This document shows, one piece after another, positions 19,646-29,997 of a stretch of DNA of 64,000 nt. The position numbers and the translations under genes were made by a program. Numbering within the stretch: position 1 is the first letter of the stretch; each line of letters starts with the position of its first letter. The notes under the pieces were generated by a model. The model searched no databases. It worked only from the letters and a program-made list of their open reading frames with translations, and was not told where the DNA came from. This DNA is from Gemmatimonadota bacterium (lineage in GTDB: Bacteria > Gemmatimonadota > Gemmatimonadetes > Palauibacterales > Palauibacteraceae), in the NCBI GenBank assembly GCA_039587355.1, contig JBDHIO010000032.1:2844-66843 (forward strand), read 5' to 3'.

Positions 19646-19844
19646 GTCATGCTCGGGGCTGTGAGTGAGACCGGTTTATGCGGATGCCCGGCTGCGCGAG
19701 GGCGTCCGTCTCCGGTGTGAGACGGGCGGTACCCTCGCAGGGTTGGAAAGCCTCAGCCCGCCAGCATCTCCACGGCATTGGAAATACGTCGGGCCCGGCT
19801 CTCCGGTTTCTTCGCTCCTTCGATCGCCTCGACGTCGTGCGCGG

Positions 19845-21092
19845 TCATTGCTCGCGACTCTCTGCTCCTCCGAGACCCGCCAGCAAGACCCGAGAGAGCG
19901 TCTGGAGGTGGTCGCCCGCTCGGGAGCCGTCGGTGTTGATCTGAAGTGCGATCGCGGCACCGCTCGAGGGAAAATACAGGACGCCCGAGTTGTAACCGGG
20001 AAAGAACCCGGAGTGGCCGTACGTGATGCCCAGCTGCGTCTGCGTGATCGTCACGCCGAGCGAGTACACGCTGCTCGGGATCGGCGAGGCGCCTCGGACC
20101 GCCGATTCGAGCAGGTCTCCGAGATACTCGCCCTCGAGTGCGTCTCCTTCGAACAGGAGCTTCACCCAGCGCACGAGCGACTGCGGGTTGTTGTACAGGC
20201 CCCCACCGGTCCATTCGATCGCGGGGTTGAGCACCATCTGCCCGTCGCTTCCCACGACCTCGAGCGGCGTTCCGAAGAACTCAGCGCTGACGGCCGCATA
20301 GCCCTGGGCCAGGCGTGGCGCGATGCGTCGGTCCTGCGGGTGCGTCATGTCCAGGTCCAGTGGAACCAGGATTCGACTGCGCAGCTCTTCGTAAAACGTG
20401 GACCCGGAAGCCGCCTCGAGCACGAGGCCCAGGACGATGTATCCGGTGTCCGAGTAGTTGTATCCGAGGCCGGCGGGGAAGAGAGGCTCGCGGTCGAGCA
20501 CGAACTCGACGAGCTCCTCGGGCCGGAGCGTGGCGCTCGGGTCGCCGCTGTCGACGAGTCGGCGGACCGCAGCCACGAACTCCTCGGAGTCGAATGCGTG
20601 GTCGATCAGGCCGCCCGCGTGTGTCAGGAGGTGTCGGATCGTGATGTCCGGCCCGTTCGGTAGCCGAGGGAACCACGGACGATCTCCGACCCACGTCGAG
20701 ATGGGGTCGTCGAGATCGATCGTGCCGTCGAGCGCCATCGAGATCGCCGTCGCCGCCACGTACATCTTCCCGATCGAGCCGGACGGCATCCGCATGTCCT
20801 CCGCCATCTCGATTCGCCGGTTGATGTCGGAGTACCCGGTGGCGAACGAGAAGACCTCGCCGTCGGGCGTGATGTAGGCTGCCGTCGCGCCGGGGAAGAT
20901 CTCGTCGGTCTCCTGAGCCGCCGACCACAGGCTGTCGAGCGTGGCCTGGAAGCGATCGGCGAGCGTGTCTTGTGCGTCCTGCTGGGCGGATGCCGTGAGG
21001 GCGCCTCCTGCTGACAGGAGGGCCGCCAGCGCCGCAGCCCTGAGCCGCCTGGCCCGGGTGGTCCGCGCCGCTTGCATCAGCACCTTCCGCAT
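19845..21092 (-). CDS. Exported serine hydrolase, beta-lactamase/D-Ala-D-Ala peptidase family
   Basis: Signal peptide, GSIGK (SxxK), YSD, GHSG. Confidence 0.88.
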   Translation of the reverse strand: MRKVLMQAARTTRARRLRAAALAALLSAGGALTASAQQDAQDTLADRFQATLDSLWSAAQETDEIFPGATAAYITPDGEVFSFATGYSDINRRIEMAEDMRMPSGSIGKMYVAATAISMALDGTIDLDDPISTWVGDRPWFPRLPNGPDITIRHLLTHAGGLIDHAFDSEEFVAAVRRLVDSGDPSATLRPEELVEFVLDREPLFPAGLGYNYSDTGYIVLGLVLEAASGSTFYEELRSRILVPLDLDMTHPQDRRIAPRLAQGYAAVSAEFFGTPLEVVGSDGQMVLNPAIEWTGGGLYNNPQSLVRWVKLLFEGDALEGEYLGDLLESAVRGASPIPSSVYSLGVTITQTQLGITYGHSGFFPGYNSGVLYFPSSGAAIALQINTDGSRAGDHLQTLSRVLLAGLGGAESREQ

Positions 21093-21094
21093 CC

Positions 21095-22774
21095 TCAGCC
21101 CGTCTTCACGAAGCGCAGATCCCAGACCCGGCCCTGGCTGAAGCTGAGACCTTCGATCCGTCCGGCGGCGTCGCGACGGAAGATGACCATCCCGCCCGGA
21201 CCGGCGAACGCGTCGCGATACGCCGATTCGAGGGGCCGGCCGTCACCGTAGCGGTCGACCAGGTTCAGGCGCCCGTCCTCCACGGCCACCGAGTACGTGA
21301 CCTCGGCCTCGTGGCTGAAGTACTCGCCCACGTACTGCCCGAGATCGGCCTCGGTCAGTTCCGGGGTGTCCACCGGGATGAGCCGCACCGGGCCGTTGAC
21401 TGGTGTCTCGAAGAGCGGGACGGGCCGGCCCTCGCTCGCATCGAACTCGATGACGATCCCCGCCGGGTGCTCGAACCGGGTGTCGGACACCGCGGTCAGC
21501 GGAGCGCCCTGACCGCCGAGTCCGCCGAGCGTGAGCGACCCGTCGTCTACGGACAGGCGGTAGAACGAATTCTGAAGCGGATCGCGGTACCCGCCGGCGT
21601 ATGACTCGAGGGTCGCCGCCGGGACCTCGACGCCGCCGCTCTCCTCGAGCTCGTCTGATTCGACGATCGCGTCGGCCAGATAGATATCGACGACCTCGTG
21701 CGCGAGTCCGCCCGCGTTCGCGTTGCCCGCGTTGCACATGACCGAAACAGCCAGACCGTGCTCGGGATACCGGGCAAGGTAGCCCCGGTACGCGGCCGTC
21801 CCCCCCGAATGGGCGACCTGCTCGAGGCCCTTGTAGTCCTGCACGAAGAGGCCGCCCGCGTACTGGATTTCCCGACCGTCGTCGAGCACGCCCTGACGGT
21901 GCATCTCCTCGATGAACGCCGAACCGCCGACGTCTCCGGTATCGAGATTGTGCGTGAACTTGAGCAGATCACCCACGGTCGTAAGAAGCCCGCCGTTGCC
22001 GTGGACGTTCTCGAACGGCATGAGCATGTGCCACTCGTCGTCACGCTGGACGTACCCGATCGAACGGTCCTTCACGATCTCGGTGAAGTCGTCCCGCCAC
22101 TGAGTCTTGGTCATCCCGAGCGGCTGGAAGATCTTCTCCTGCGAGTATTCATCAAACGTCTTCCCCGTGACGCGCTCGACGAGCATCGCCTGGAGGTTGT
22201 AGCCCGTGTTCGTGTACGAGTAGTGCTCGCCGGGCGGGTAGTTGAGCGCCTCCTGCCGCGCCGCGATGTCGAGCGCGTGCTTGTGCGTGTGGATGCGGGT
22301 CGTTCGCTGCCACCCCTCGATTCCCGCGACCGATCCCCAATCCCGCAGCCCGCTCGTGTGGTGGATCAGATGCCGGACGGTGATCGGTTCGCCGTAGTCG
22401 GGCATCTCGGGGAAGTACTCGCGGATGTCGTCGTCGAGGTCGATCAGGCCATCCAGCGAGAGCATGATCGTCGCCGCCGCCGTGAACTGCTTGGAGACCG
22501 AACCGGGCTCGAAGATGGTCTCGCCCCCGTTCGGGACATCGAATTCGAGGTTCGCCATGCCGTACGCGCGCGTGAGCGTGGTCTGGCCGTCCTGCGACAC
22601 GGCCACGGCGCACCCCGGTCCGTCTTCGTTCGCGAAGTTCGCGAAGACTCCGTCGATTGCAGCCAGGTCGATCGTCGCGTCCTCGAGGTCGGGCGAGTCG
22701 TCGGCCGGGGCGCATCCGACCAGGATCGCGCCGGCGGCGACCACGAGGGCACGGGAAAGCGAGCGCACGTTCAT
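21095..22774 (-). CDS. Lipoprotein serine hydrolase, beta-lactamase/D-aminopeptidase-like with C-terminal beta domains
   Basis: ATG at 22774, lipobox LVGC, GSVSK, YTN, HSGG. Confidence 0.9.
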   Translation of the reverse strand: MNVRSLSRALVVAAGAILVGCAPADDSPDLEDATIDLAAIDGVFANFANEDGPGCAVAVSQDGQTTLTRAYGMANLEFDVPNGGETIFEPGSVSKQFTAAATIMLSLDGLIDLDDDIREYFPEMPDYGEPITVRHLIHHTSGLRDWGSVAGIEGWQRTTRIHTHKHALDIAARQEALNYPPGEHYSYTNTGYNLQAMLVERVTGKTFDEYSQEKIFQPLGMTKTQWRDDFTEIVKDRSIGYVQRDDEWHMLMPFENVHGNGGLLTTVGDLLKFTHNLDTGDVGGSAFIEEMHRQGVLDDGREIQYAGGLFVQDYKGLEQVAHSGGTAAYRGYLARYPEHGLAVSVMCNAGNANAGGLAHEVVDIYLADAIVESDELEESGGVEVPAATLESYAGGYRDPLQNSFYRLSVDDGSLTLGGLGGQGAPLTAVSDTRFEHPAGIVIEFDASEGRPVPLFETPVNGPVRLIPVDTPELTEADLGQYVGEYFSHEAEVTYSVAVEDGRLNLVDRYGDGRPLESAYRDAFAGPGGMVIFRRDAAGRIEGLSFSQGRVWDLRFVKTG

Positions 22775-22805
22775 GGGTCTGCCTCTGGTTGAGAGCTGCT
22801 GAGCC

Positions 22806-24203
22806 CTACTCGGTCGGGGCTTCACGGAGAATAGCGGACGGTTCCAGAACGAGGCCACCGCGCACGACGCGGTCGATACGTCTCGTGTTCGTGATGTCTG
22901 CGAGCGGATCGGCATCGAGAACCACGAGGTCCGCGAACTTTCCCGCCTCGATCGAGCCGAGTCGGTCGTCCTGCCGTAGAATCGCGGCGTTCTCCAGGGT
23001 CGCGGCCTTGAGAACGGTCGCTTCCGGAATCCCGGCCTGGACGAGGAGCTCCATTTCGTGGTGCAGCGATGCCCCCGGCGCGACCTGCGGTTCGGGGGCG
23101 TCGGTGCCCACGAGAAGCGTGACGCCGGCCTCATGGAGCATGCCGGTGAGTCGCAGGTACTTCTCCCACGTGCCCTCGCGTACGTCGAGCGGGGCCGCGC
23201 CCCAGTCCAGCGCCCGGCGTTCGCGATCCCGGTCCCAGAACGCGCGCAATCGTGCCGGCATATCCGCGTGGTCGGGATGGTCGATGACCTCCGGCTGGTC
23301 CATGAACAGCAAGGTGCCCCAGAAGACCATGAGGGTCGGATCGACCCGCGCCTCGGACTCGGCGATGACGTCGATGATCCGACGCGCCTCGTCAGAGTCG
23401 AGATTGATGGAATGGCGATCGTCCGGGTCGTCGAGAAGGAAGTTCGACACTGTGTAAATGTGCTCGACACAGTCGAGCCCGTCCGCGACGGCGTCGGCCG
23501 TGTGGTAGTCGAGAAGGTGTCCGCTCACGACGAGCCCGCGGTCATGGCCCTCCTGGATCACGCGGCGTCCGATCTCGCGGGTGACGCCGATATATAGCTT
23601 GAGCGTGGTGACGTCCCATGCCGCCATCTCCTCCACGAACGGCGCGACGTCGTCCACGTGGGTCAACGGCCATCCGACATCCGTGTGCCACGGCGGATCC
23701 TTGTCGATCAGGAAGCTGCACCGGAACACTCGCGGCGAGATGTCGGGCCGTCGGTCCGCCTGACGCTGGACCATCGTCTGAGCCGGGACGTTGTCGCCCG
23801 TGCTTCGAATCGACGTGACACCGTGCCCGAGGTAGAAGGGGAGGACCTCGTCCCCGGTCATCTGCGATTGATAGAGGATGTGGGAGAGGTGGACGTGCGC
23901 GTCGATGAGCCCGGGGATGATCCAGCTGTCGGATCCGTCGAGGTGATGCGCCCCGGCCGAGATGCCCGAGGATTCGTTCAGATCGGCGCTCGGTGCCACG
24001 GCTTCGATCGTGTCGCCCCGGATCAACACGCTCGTATCCGGTCGCATCGATCCGACCACGCTGTCGAAGATGGTGGCACCGCTGATCAGCGTGGCGTCGG
24101 TCGCTCGTGGGGCTGCCCGGCCACACCCGATCGCCAGAGCCGCGCCTGCGGCCGCGCTTCCGGCGAAGAACTCCCGCCTATCGATCGATCGCCCGGCGGA
24201 CAC
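22806..24203 (-). CDS. Tat-exported amidohydrolase (imidazolonepropionase-like family)
   Basis: DRREFF twin-arginine signal with AIGC, PGLIDAHVH, TLKLY, GTDA, GKFADLVVL. Confidence 0.85.
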   Translation of the reverse strand: MSAGRSIDRREFFAGSAAAGAALAIGCGRAAPRATDATLISGATIFDSVVGSMRPDTSVLIRGDTIEAVAPSADLNESSGISAGAHHLDGSDSWIIPGLIDAHVHLSHILYQSQMTGDEVLPFYLGHGVTSIRSTGDNVPAQTMVQRQADRRPDISPRVFRCSFLIDKDPPWHTDVGWPLTHVDDVAPFVEEMAAWDVTTLKLYIGVTREIGRRVIQEGHDRGLVVSGHLLDYHTADAVADGLDCVEHIYTVSNFLLDDPDDRHSINLDSDEARRIIDVIAESEARVDPTLMVFWGTLLFMDQPEVIDHPDHADMPARLRAFWDRDRERRALDWGAAPLDVREGTWEKYLRLTGMLHEAGVTLLVGTDAPEPQVAPGASLHHEMELLVQAGIPEATVLKAATLENAAILRQDDRLGSIEAGKFADLVVLDADPLADITNTRRIDRVVRGGLVLEPSAILREAPTE

Positions 24204-24207
24204 CGGG

Positions 24208-25188
24208 TCAGCCGCCCTCGAGCAGCCGGGCCGCGTTGCCGCCGAGAATCGCCGCTTCCGCATCGGGGGCCAGCCCCAGGCCGCGGATCGAATCGAGCAT
24301 CTTGTCGATGCTCCCGATCATGTGGGGGTAGTCGCTGCCCGCGAGGATCCGGTCCGGCCCGGCAAACTCGATCGCGAGGCGGAGCGCCGCCGGATCGAAG
24401 TTCACGGTGTCGTAATAGAAGTCTTTCAGGACCTCGCTCGGCGGTCTCGTCAGGAACTCGCGGTTCGATCGAAACGCCTCGTACCCGCGATCGAACCGCT
24501 CGGCCAGATATGGCACCGCGCCGCCCAGGTGCCCCAGGACCCAGTCCGTGTTCGGAAACCGGTCGGGGATCCCCGCGAACACCAGGTGCGCCGCCGCGAG
24601 CGTCGTATCCATCAGGAATCCGACCAGCGGCATGAGCATGAACTCCTCCATCGCCTCGACCCCGACGGGGTAGGTCGGATGGATGTAGAACACCGCCCCG
24701 TATTTTTCTCCGAGCTCCCAGAGCGGCAGGTACCGGTCGTCCGCGAGCGGTACCCCGTTGGCGTTCGAGAACAGCATCGCGCCGGGCATCCCGAGCTGCA
24801 CCATGCAGCGCTCGAGCTCCTTCACCGACGCTTCCGGGTTGTGGAGCGGCAGGTGGGCCAGCGTCAGGTATCGCCCGTTCCCCTGGCGGACGGCCTTCGC
24901 CAGTCCGTCGTTGATCACTCGAGCGAGCTCCGCGCCGCGCTCGGGCGTCTCCATCAACGTGCCCGGTGCCGTGAACGTGATCACCTGGCGATCCACGCCG
25001 GCCTCGTCCAGCACGCGCGTGCGGAACTCCAGGTCCCGGTGTCCCGGAACGAGCACGTTGTAGTCGCCGGGGGAATGCAGGACCGGGTTGCCTTCCGGGT
25101 CCTCGGTGACCTTGAAGTTGCTCGGACCCTGCCGCACGGCGTCGACGAACGCCGGCGGGAAGAAATGGTTGTGGAAGTCGATGATCAT
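24208..25188 (-). CDS. Amidohydrolase_2 family metal-dependent decarboxylase/hydratase (ACMSD-like)
   Basis: IIDFHNHF, YIHP, HLGG, FYYDTV, GSDYPH. Confidence 0.88.
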   Translation of the reverse strand: MIIDFHNHFFPPAFVDAVRQGPSNFKVTEDPEGNPVLHSPGDYNVLVPGHRDLEFRTRVLDEAGVDRQVITFTAPGTLMETPERGAELARVINDGLAKAVRQGNGRYLTLAHLPLHNPEASVKELERCMVQLGMPGAMLFSNANGVPLADDRYLPLWELGEKYGAVFYIHPTYPVGVEAMEEFMLMPLVGFLMDTTLAAAHLVFAGIPDRFPNTDWVLGHLGGAVPYLAERFDRGYEAFRSNREFLTRPPSEVLKDFYYDTVNFDPAALRLAIEFAGPDRILAGSDYPHMIGSIDKMLDSIRGLGLAPDAEAAILGGNAARLLEGG

Positions 25189-25411
25189 TCTGGTCGGCCC
25201 CGTCGGGTTCGGTATGTGTCGAGGCGGGACGAGCTCGGAGGCTCGCCACGCGGCCGGGCGGTCCGTCGGACACCCGGGCGCTCGCATCGTCGTCGGGTGA
25301 GGATCATCGCCGCATCCGGTGCCTGTCAACGAACCTCACGTGATCCATGAGCGTCTCGAGCCCCTCGGCGGCGATCGGAGTTTGGCCGGGATGAGTCGGG
25401 TACCGCCGGGC

Positions 25412-26779
25412 TCAGGCCCCGCGGCTGCGGACGGCGAAGTAGACGGGGATCCCCAGGAGAACGAGCCCGAGGCCCATGACGCTGTTGGCGGGCTCGGCGA
25501 CGATCTGGTTGACAGCCACCGCGAACGCGCAGACCGCGAACAGGACGGGGCCCCACGGCCAGAGGCGGGGGGCGACGAGCGGCGTGGAGGCGGTGCTGCG
25601 GCGGCCCCGGCGGCGACGCATGACGATGAGCCCGACCGCCATGAGGCTGAAGAACAGCCACTCCGTGTAGATCACGCGGCTAACGAGTGCTCCGTACGAG
25701 CCGGTCCAGACGAGTACCGACGCCCAGAGCGCCTGGAGCAGAATCGCCCGATGCGGCGTGTGCCGGGAGGGGTGGATTTCACCGGCCCATCTGAACAGCA
25801 GGCCATCGCGCGACATCGCCATGTACACCCGGGGGCCGGCGAGGATGACGCCGGTCAGCGTACCGAATGTAGAGAAGGCGACGAGGGCGGACATCACGGC
25901 CCCGCCTCCCCGGCCCAGGACGGCGTCGGCGGCATCGGCGGCAATCCGCGTGGAGGTCATCGCCGTCTCAAGAGGTAGCACGTAGAAGTACGCGGCATTG
26001 AGCAGGAGGTACGTCCCGGTGACGATCGTCACGCCCAGTACCAGCGAGCGCGGGATCGTGCGTTCGGGATCGACGGTCTCTCCGGCGGAGTACGTCACCA
26101 TGTGCCAGCCGCCGAACCCGAAAAGCCCGGCAACGAGCGCGAGAAGGAAATCGGAGAAGGGGCTGCCGCCCAGTAAGCCGGATGCAGGGTCGAGGATCCC
26201 GGTGCTGCCGATGGCCGTCGCGGCCGGGTCGCCGTCGGTTCCGAGGGCGAGACCGATCACGATCATCACGAAGACCGCGCCGACCTTGGTGACGGTGATC
26301 GCCGTCTGAACGCGGGTCCCCTGGCGCACGCCGAGATAGTTGATCCACGAGAGTCCGAGAATCGCGCCGACCGCCAGAAGCCGCAGTCCCAGATCTCCGA
26401 CAGGGAAGAACCACGCCATGTACCGGGCGAAGATCATGCTGATGATCGCGATGATCCCGGCGTGCATGACCCAGAACATCGCCCATCCCCAAAGGAATCC
26501 GAAGAGCGGCGAGAACGCGTCGCGCAGGTAGGCGTACACACCGCCCGTCTCGGTGTTGATCGCGGCGAGCTCGGCGGTGACCATCGCGCCGAGGAAGGTG
26601 AGCGCTCCGGCGACGAGCCACACGAGCAAGGCGCCGGAGACGGAGGGGATGCGGCCGGTCACTTCCGCGGGCTGGACGAAGATCGCCGATCCGATGATCG
26701 TGCCCACGACCAGCGCCGTGGCCTGGGGTAGTCGGATCGCCCGGGTAAGTCCGCCGACAGGCTCGGGGGCCGGGCTCAA
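25412..26779 (-). CDS. APC-family amino acid permease (LAT-like)
   Basis: VGTIIGSAIF, GGVYAYL, FGFGGW, about 12 TM helices. Confidence 0.92.
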   Translation of the reverse strand: MSPAPEPVGGLTRAIRLPQATALVVGTIIGSAIFVQPAEVTGRIPSVSGALLVWLVAGALTFLGAMVTAELAAINTETGGVYAYLRDAFSPLFGFLWGWAMFWVMHAGIIAIISMIFARYMAWFFPVGDLGLRLLAVGAILGLSWINYLGVRQGTRVQTAITVTKVGAVFVMIVIGLALGTDGDPAATAIGSTGILDPASGLLGGSPFSDFLLALVAGLFGFGGWHMVTYSAGETVDPERTIPRSLVLGVTIVTGTYLLLNAAYFYVLPLETAMTSTRIAADAADAVLGRGGGAVMSALVAFSTFGTLTGVILAGPRVYMAMSRDGLLFRWAGEIHPSRHTPHRAILLQALWASVLVWTGSYGALVSRVIYTEWLFFSLMAVGLIVMRRRRGRRSTASTPLVAPRLWPWGPVLFAVCAFAVAVNQIVAEPANSVMGLGLVLLGIPVYFAVRSRGA

Positions 26780-27390
26780 CCTCTGAGCCCGGCTTCCGCG
26801 TAGCGTTTCACTCCCTGCTCGGCATGCAGCCGGAGCTTTCGGTCATCGTCTTCCGCGAGGATCCGCGTGAAGACCGGAAGCACGCGGGCGTCCGGCGACC
26901 GGTGGTGCGCGAGCATCGCGACCGCCTGACGACGGACCTTGATGCTGTCGTCCATCTCGATCCGCTCGACGAGAAGCGGGACCGCATCGATGGGGTTCGG
27001 TTCGTCCTTGCAGCTCTCGCACGACAGCGAGTGGACGGCCCAGGTCCGTACAGCCGCCTTCGGGTCTCGCAGCAACGGCACGAGTGCATGCAGCGTCTCG
27101 GTGTCCGCGAAGTTGTCAATGAAGAGCGCGCACCACTTCCGCACCTGCCAGCTCGCGTGACCGAGGCCTTCGCGTATGGCGGGCAGGGCCTCCTCGCCAC
27201 GGTTGTACAGGCTCAGAAATGCCGGCATCCGGTGCTCGCCGTTCGCGAACTCGGCGACCAGCTCTTCGGACGTGGCGTCCGGTCGGAAGATCGGCTGGGC
27301 GTTGACCATTCGTTCGAGCACCTTCGCGTGCGCCGGTTCGAGACCGGGTGTGCCGCAGAGGCCGGTCTCCTCGTTCGTATGCTGTTCCAT
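26776..27390 (-). CDS. HEAT-repeat protein
   Basis: GGAG upstream of ATG 27390; HASWQVRKWCA, DPKAAVRTWAV, DSIKVRRQAV; overlaps the permease start. Confidence 0.8.
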   Translation of the reverse strand: MEQHTNEETGLCGTPGLEPAHAKVLERMVNAQPIFRPDATSEELVAEFANGEHRMPAFLSLYNRGEEALPAIREGLGHASWQVRKWCALFIDNFADTETLHALVPLLRDPKAAVRTWAVHSLSCESCKDEPNPIDAVPLLVERIEMDDSIKVRRQAVAMLAHHRSPDARVLPVFTRILAEDDDRKLRLHAEQGVKRYAEAGLRG

Positions 27391-27575
27391 CTCTGCTTCT
27401 CCCTGGCCATCGGGCCGGTGGGAGCACGGGACCGGAATGTACAGAAGGCCTCGCGCTCTCTCCATGAACCAACAACTGCCCCCACCGATCGCGAAAGCCC
27501 CGGTCGATTCCGGAGGTAGCCCTCGCAGCGAGGTGCATTGCTGATTCGGAGTGAACACGGGGCCCATCCCCGTCT

Positions 27576-27585
27576 CACAATTGTG
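27576..27585. promoter_or_regulatory. Perfect palindrome CACAATTGTG, candidate transcription-factor site
   Basis: AT-rich 10-bp palindrome in the intergenic region upstream of the HEAT-permease operon. Confidence 0.35.
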
Positions 27586-27657
27586 GAAGAACGATCGCCA
27601 GAGCAGGGGACGCGGTCAGGCCGCGAACGGCCAGATCCAGTCGTTAGGCGGGGTCGA

Positions 27658-29235
27658 CTAGGCGGTCGGAAGCGACTCGGCGGCCGGGAGCGTGAAGTGG
27701 AACGTAGCGCCTTCGCCCGGACGGCTCTCTGCCCAGACGCGTCCGCCCTGCGCCTCGACGAGTCGCTTCACGATCGCGAGGCCGAGACCCATGCCGCCGC
27801 TGTCACGGTCGCGCGCGTCCTCAACCCGGTAGAACCGCTCCCAGATGAGATCGAGGTGCTTGGCCGGGATCCCGGATCCCTGGTCCTGGACGGCCACGTC
27901 GAGGCCCTGCCCGCGACGGGACAGGCGGACCCGGATTTCGCTGCCGGGTGGCGAGTGCGTGACGGCGTTGCGAAGGAGGTTGCGAAGCACCTGACCGAGC
28001 CGCCTTCGGTCGGCGATTACCAGGTACGGCTCGGTCTCCTCGCTCTTCTTCGCGAAGTGTGCGGGCACGCCGTCGGCCTGCAGGTGGACCCTCACCTCGG
28101 CGGCCGTCGCCCCGGCGGTCATGGCCTCGATCGCGGTTTCGGCCTCGCTGAACAGGTCGACGGGCTGTAGGTCCAGGACGAGTGCGCCCGCGTCCGCGAC
28201 GGCGATCTCCTGCAGGTCCTCCACGAGCCGCTCGAGAAGTCCGACCTCCTCGCGTAGCGACGCGAGGGTCGGCGCATCGGGCTCGCGGAGTCCGTCCTCC
28301 ACCGCCTCGAGCGTACCCACGAGGTTGGTCAGTGGCGTCCGCAGTTCGTGGGCGGCGTCGCTCACCATCCGGCGCTTGAGGTCCTCGCTCTGCTCGAGCG
28401 TCTCGGCCATCTCGTTGAACGCGGCCTCCACGTCCCCGAGCTCGTCGCCCCGCGCCGTCAGGTCACCCTCCCGGATCTGTCGGGCGGCCGTCGCGAGGCG
28501 ACCCGCGCGGCCCACGACGGGGCGGGCGAGGAACAGTGTCGCGAGAGCCGCGATGAGGCTGGCCAGCAGAACCCCGGTCAGGATCGTCTGGTTCGTACGC
28601 ACCAGGAATTGATCCGCCTGGAACTCGTCGATCGTCTCGTTCCCGATGAACTCGTTGCCCCCGAGGTCGTCGACGGCGGAATCATCGCCGAGGCGCACGC
28701 TAATGCCGCGCTCGGAGATGTCGATGTCCGGGCTCGGAAGGATGAAGAGGCGCACCGGCTCCGACGGGGCGATGCCGTCGATGAACCGGAAGCCCGGTGG
28801 GATTGAGATGTCCTCCCCGCGCAGCCGCATCTCCATCTTGCGATCCTCACCGAGGTCGCGGTGGAAATGCAGGACCTCCCCGTCGAGCTCCAGGCTCGCG
28901 TCATCGATCGCGGGATCGGTCGTCGCCTCGAGACGTCCGGCGGCGTCGAGCAGAATCAGGCGTGGTCCCGGGAAGCCCGACTCCTCGGCGGCTTCTGCGA
29001 GCTGGAGGAGTCCGTCGAGCAAGTCGCCGGGTTCGGGGGCTGGGTCTGCCGCGAGCAGCACGCTCACGCTGTCACCGAGGCCCAGGTCCGTAACGTCGAA
29101 GCTGGCTGCGATGCGCATCTCGCGGTGCAACTGTACCCGTGTCTGTTGACCGAAGTACCAGCCGACGCCGACGACGGCAGCCACGACGAGCGGCCACACG
29201 ACCAGGAAGAAGCGGACCCTCAGCGACCGGATCAT
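27658..29235 (-). CDS. HAMP sensor histidine kinase (BaeS-like)
   Basis: Two TM helices, shortened HAMP, DAAHELRTPL, NLLRNA, DQGSGI, ERFYRV, GMGLGL. Confidence 0.92.
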   Translation of the reverse strand: MIRSLRVRFFLVVWPLVVAAVVGVGWYFGQQTRVQLHREMRIAASFDVTDLGLGDSVSVLLAADPAPEPGDLLDGLLQLAEAAEESGFPGPRLILLDAAGRLEATTDPAIDDASLELDGEVLHFHRDLGEDRKMEMRLRGEDISIPPGFRFIDGIAPSEPVRLFILPSPDIDISERGISVRLGDDSAVDDLGGNEFIGNETIDEFQADQFLVRTNQTILTGVLLASLIAALATLFLARPVVGRAGRLATAARQIREGDLTARGDELGDVEAAFNEMAETLEQSEDLKRRMVSDAAHELRTPLTNLVGTLEAVEDGLREPDAPTLASLREEVGLLERLVEDLQEIAVADAGALVLDLQPVDLFSEAETAIEAMTAGATAAEVRVHLQADGVPAHFAKKSEETEPYLVIADRRRLGQVLRNLLRNAVTHSPPGSEIRVRLSRRGQGLDVAVQDQGSGIPAKHLDLIWERFYRVEDARDRDSGGMGLGLAIVKRLVEAQGGRVWAESRPGEGATFHFTLPAAESLPTA

Positions 29236-29945
29236 CGGCGGGCGGCCTTGAGGCGATAGCCCGTGCCGAAGACCGTCTCGATGTGCTCCGGTCCCCCGGG
29301 CGAGACGGAGAGCTTCTTCCGGAGGTTCCGGATGTGGACATCGATCGTGCGGTCAAGCGCGATCTCGCCGCGGGTGGGGAGGCGGTCGAGGAGCTGGCTG
29401 CGCGAGAGCACGCGACCCGGCCGCTGCACCAGCGCCGCCAGGATCGCGAACTCGCTCGGGGTCAGGTCCACGCGGTGTCCGCCGATCTCGGCGTCGAGCG
29501 TTTCGAGGCTTACGACGATATCGCCGGCGCGCAGCACCTCGCCGGCACCCGGCGGCGCGCGGCGGAGCAGGGCGTGTACCCGGGCAACGAGCTCGCGCGG
29601 GCTGAACGGCTTCGTCACGTAGTCGTCGGCGCCGAGGTCGAGCCCCTCGATCTTCTGGTCCTCGAGGGTGCGCGCCGTGAGAAGGATGATCGGAGTGGCC
29701 GCCTTCCTTCGCACCGCCTCGCAGATCTCCAGGCCGCTCGCGCCGGGGAGCATCACGTCGAGGATCAGCAAGTCGAAGCCGCCGTCCGTCGCGAGCTCGA
29801 GGCCGCGCGCGCCGGACGTCGCCACGGTCGCCTTGTGCCCCGCATGACGCAGATACAAGGCGACCAGGTCGGCGGTCTTCCGGTCATCCTCCACGACCAG
29901 CACCTTCGCCGACTTCGGCTTGCCCGTAGGCGCCGTGTCGTTCAT
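29232..29945 (-). CDS. OmpR-family response regulator
   Basis: VVEDD, LDVMLP, GADDYVTKPF, RTIDVHIRNLRKK, TVFGTGY; alternative start at 29972. Confidence 0.95.
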   Translation of the reverse strand: MNDTAPTGKPKSAKVLVVEDDRKTADLVALYLRHAGHKATVATSGARGLELATDGGFDLLILDVMLPGASGLEICEAVRRKAATPIILLTARTLEDQKIEGLDLGADDYVTKPFSPRELVARVHALLRRAPPGAGEVLRAGDIVVSLETLDAEIGGHRVDLTPSEFAILAALVQRPGRVLSRSQLLDRLPTRGEIALDRTIDVHIRNLRKKLSVSPGGPEHIETVFGTGYRLKAARR

Positions 29946-29997
29946 CGATCTCACGCTCGTGCTCGCTCCCATAGGCTACGCAACCTCACGGGTTTGT

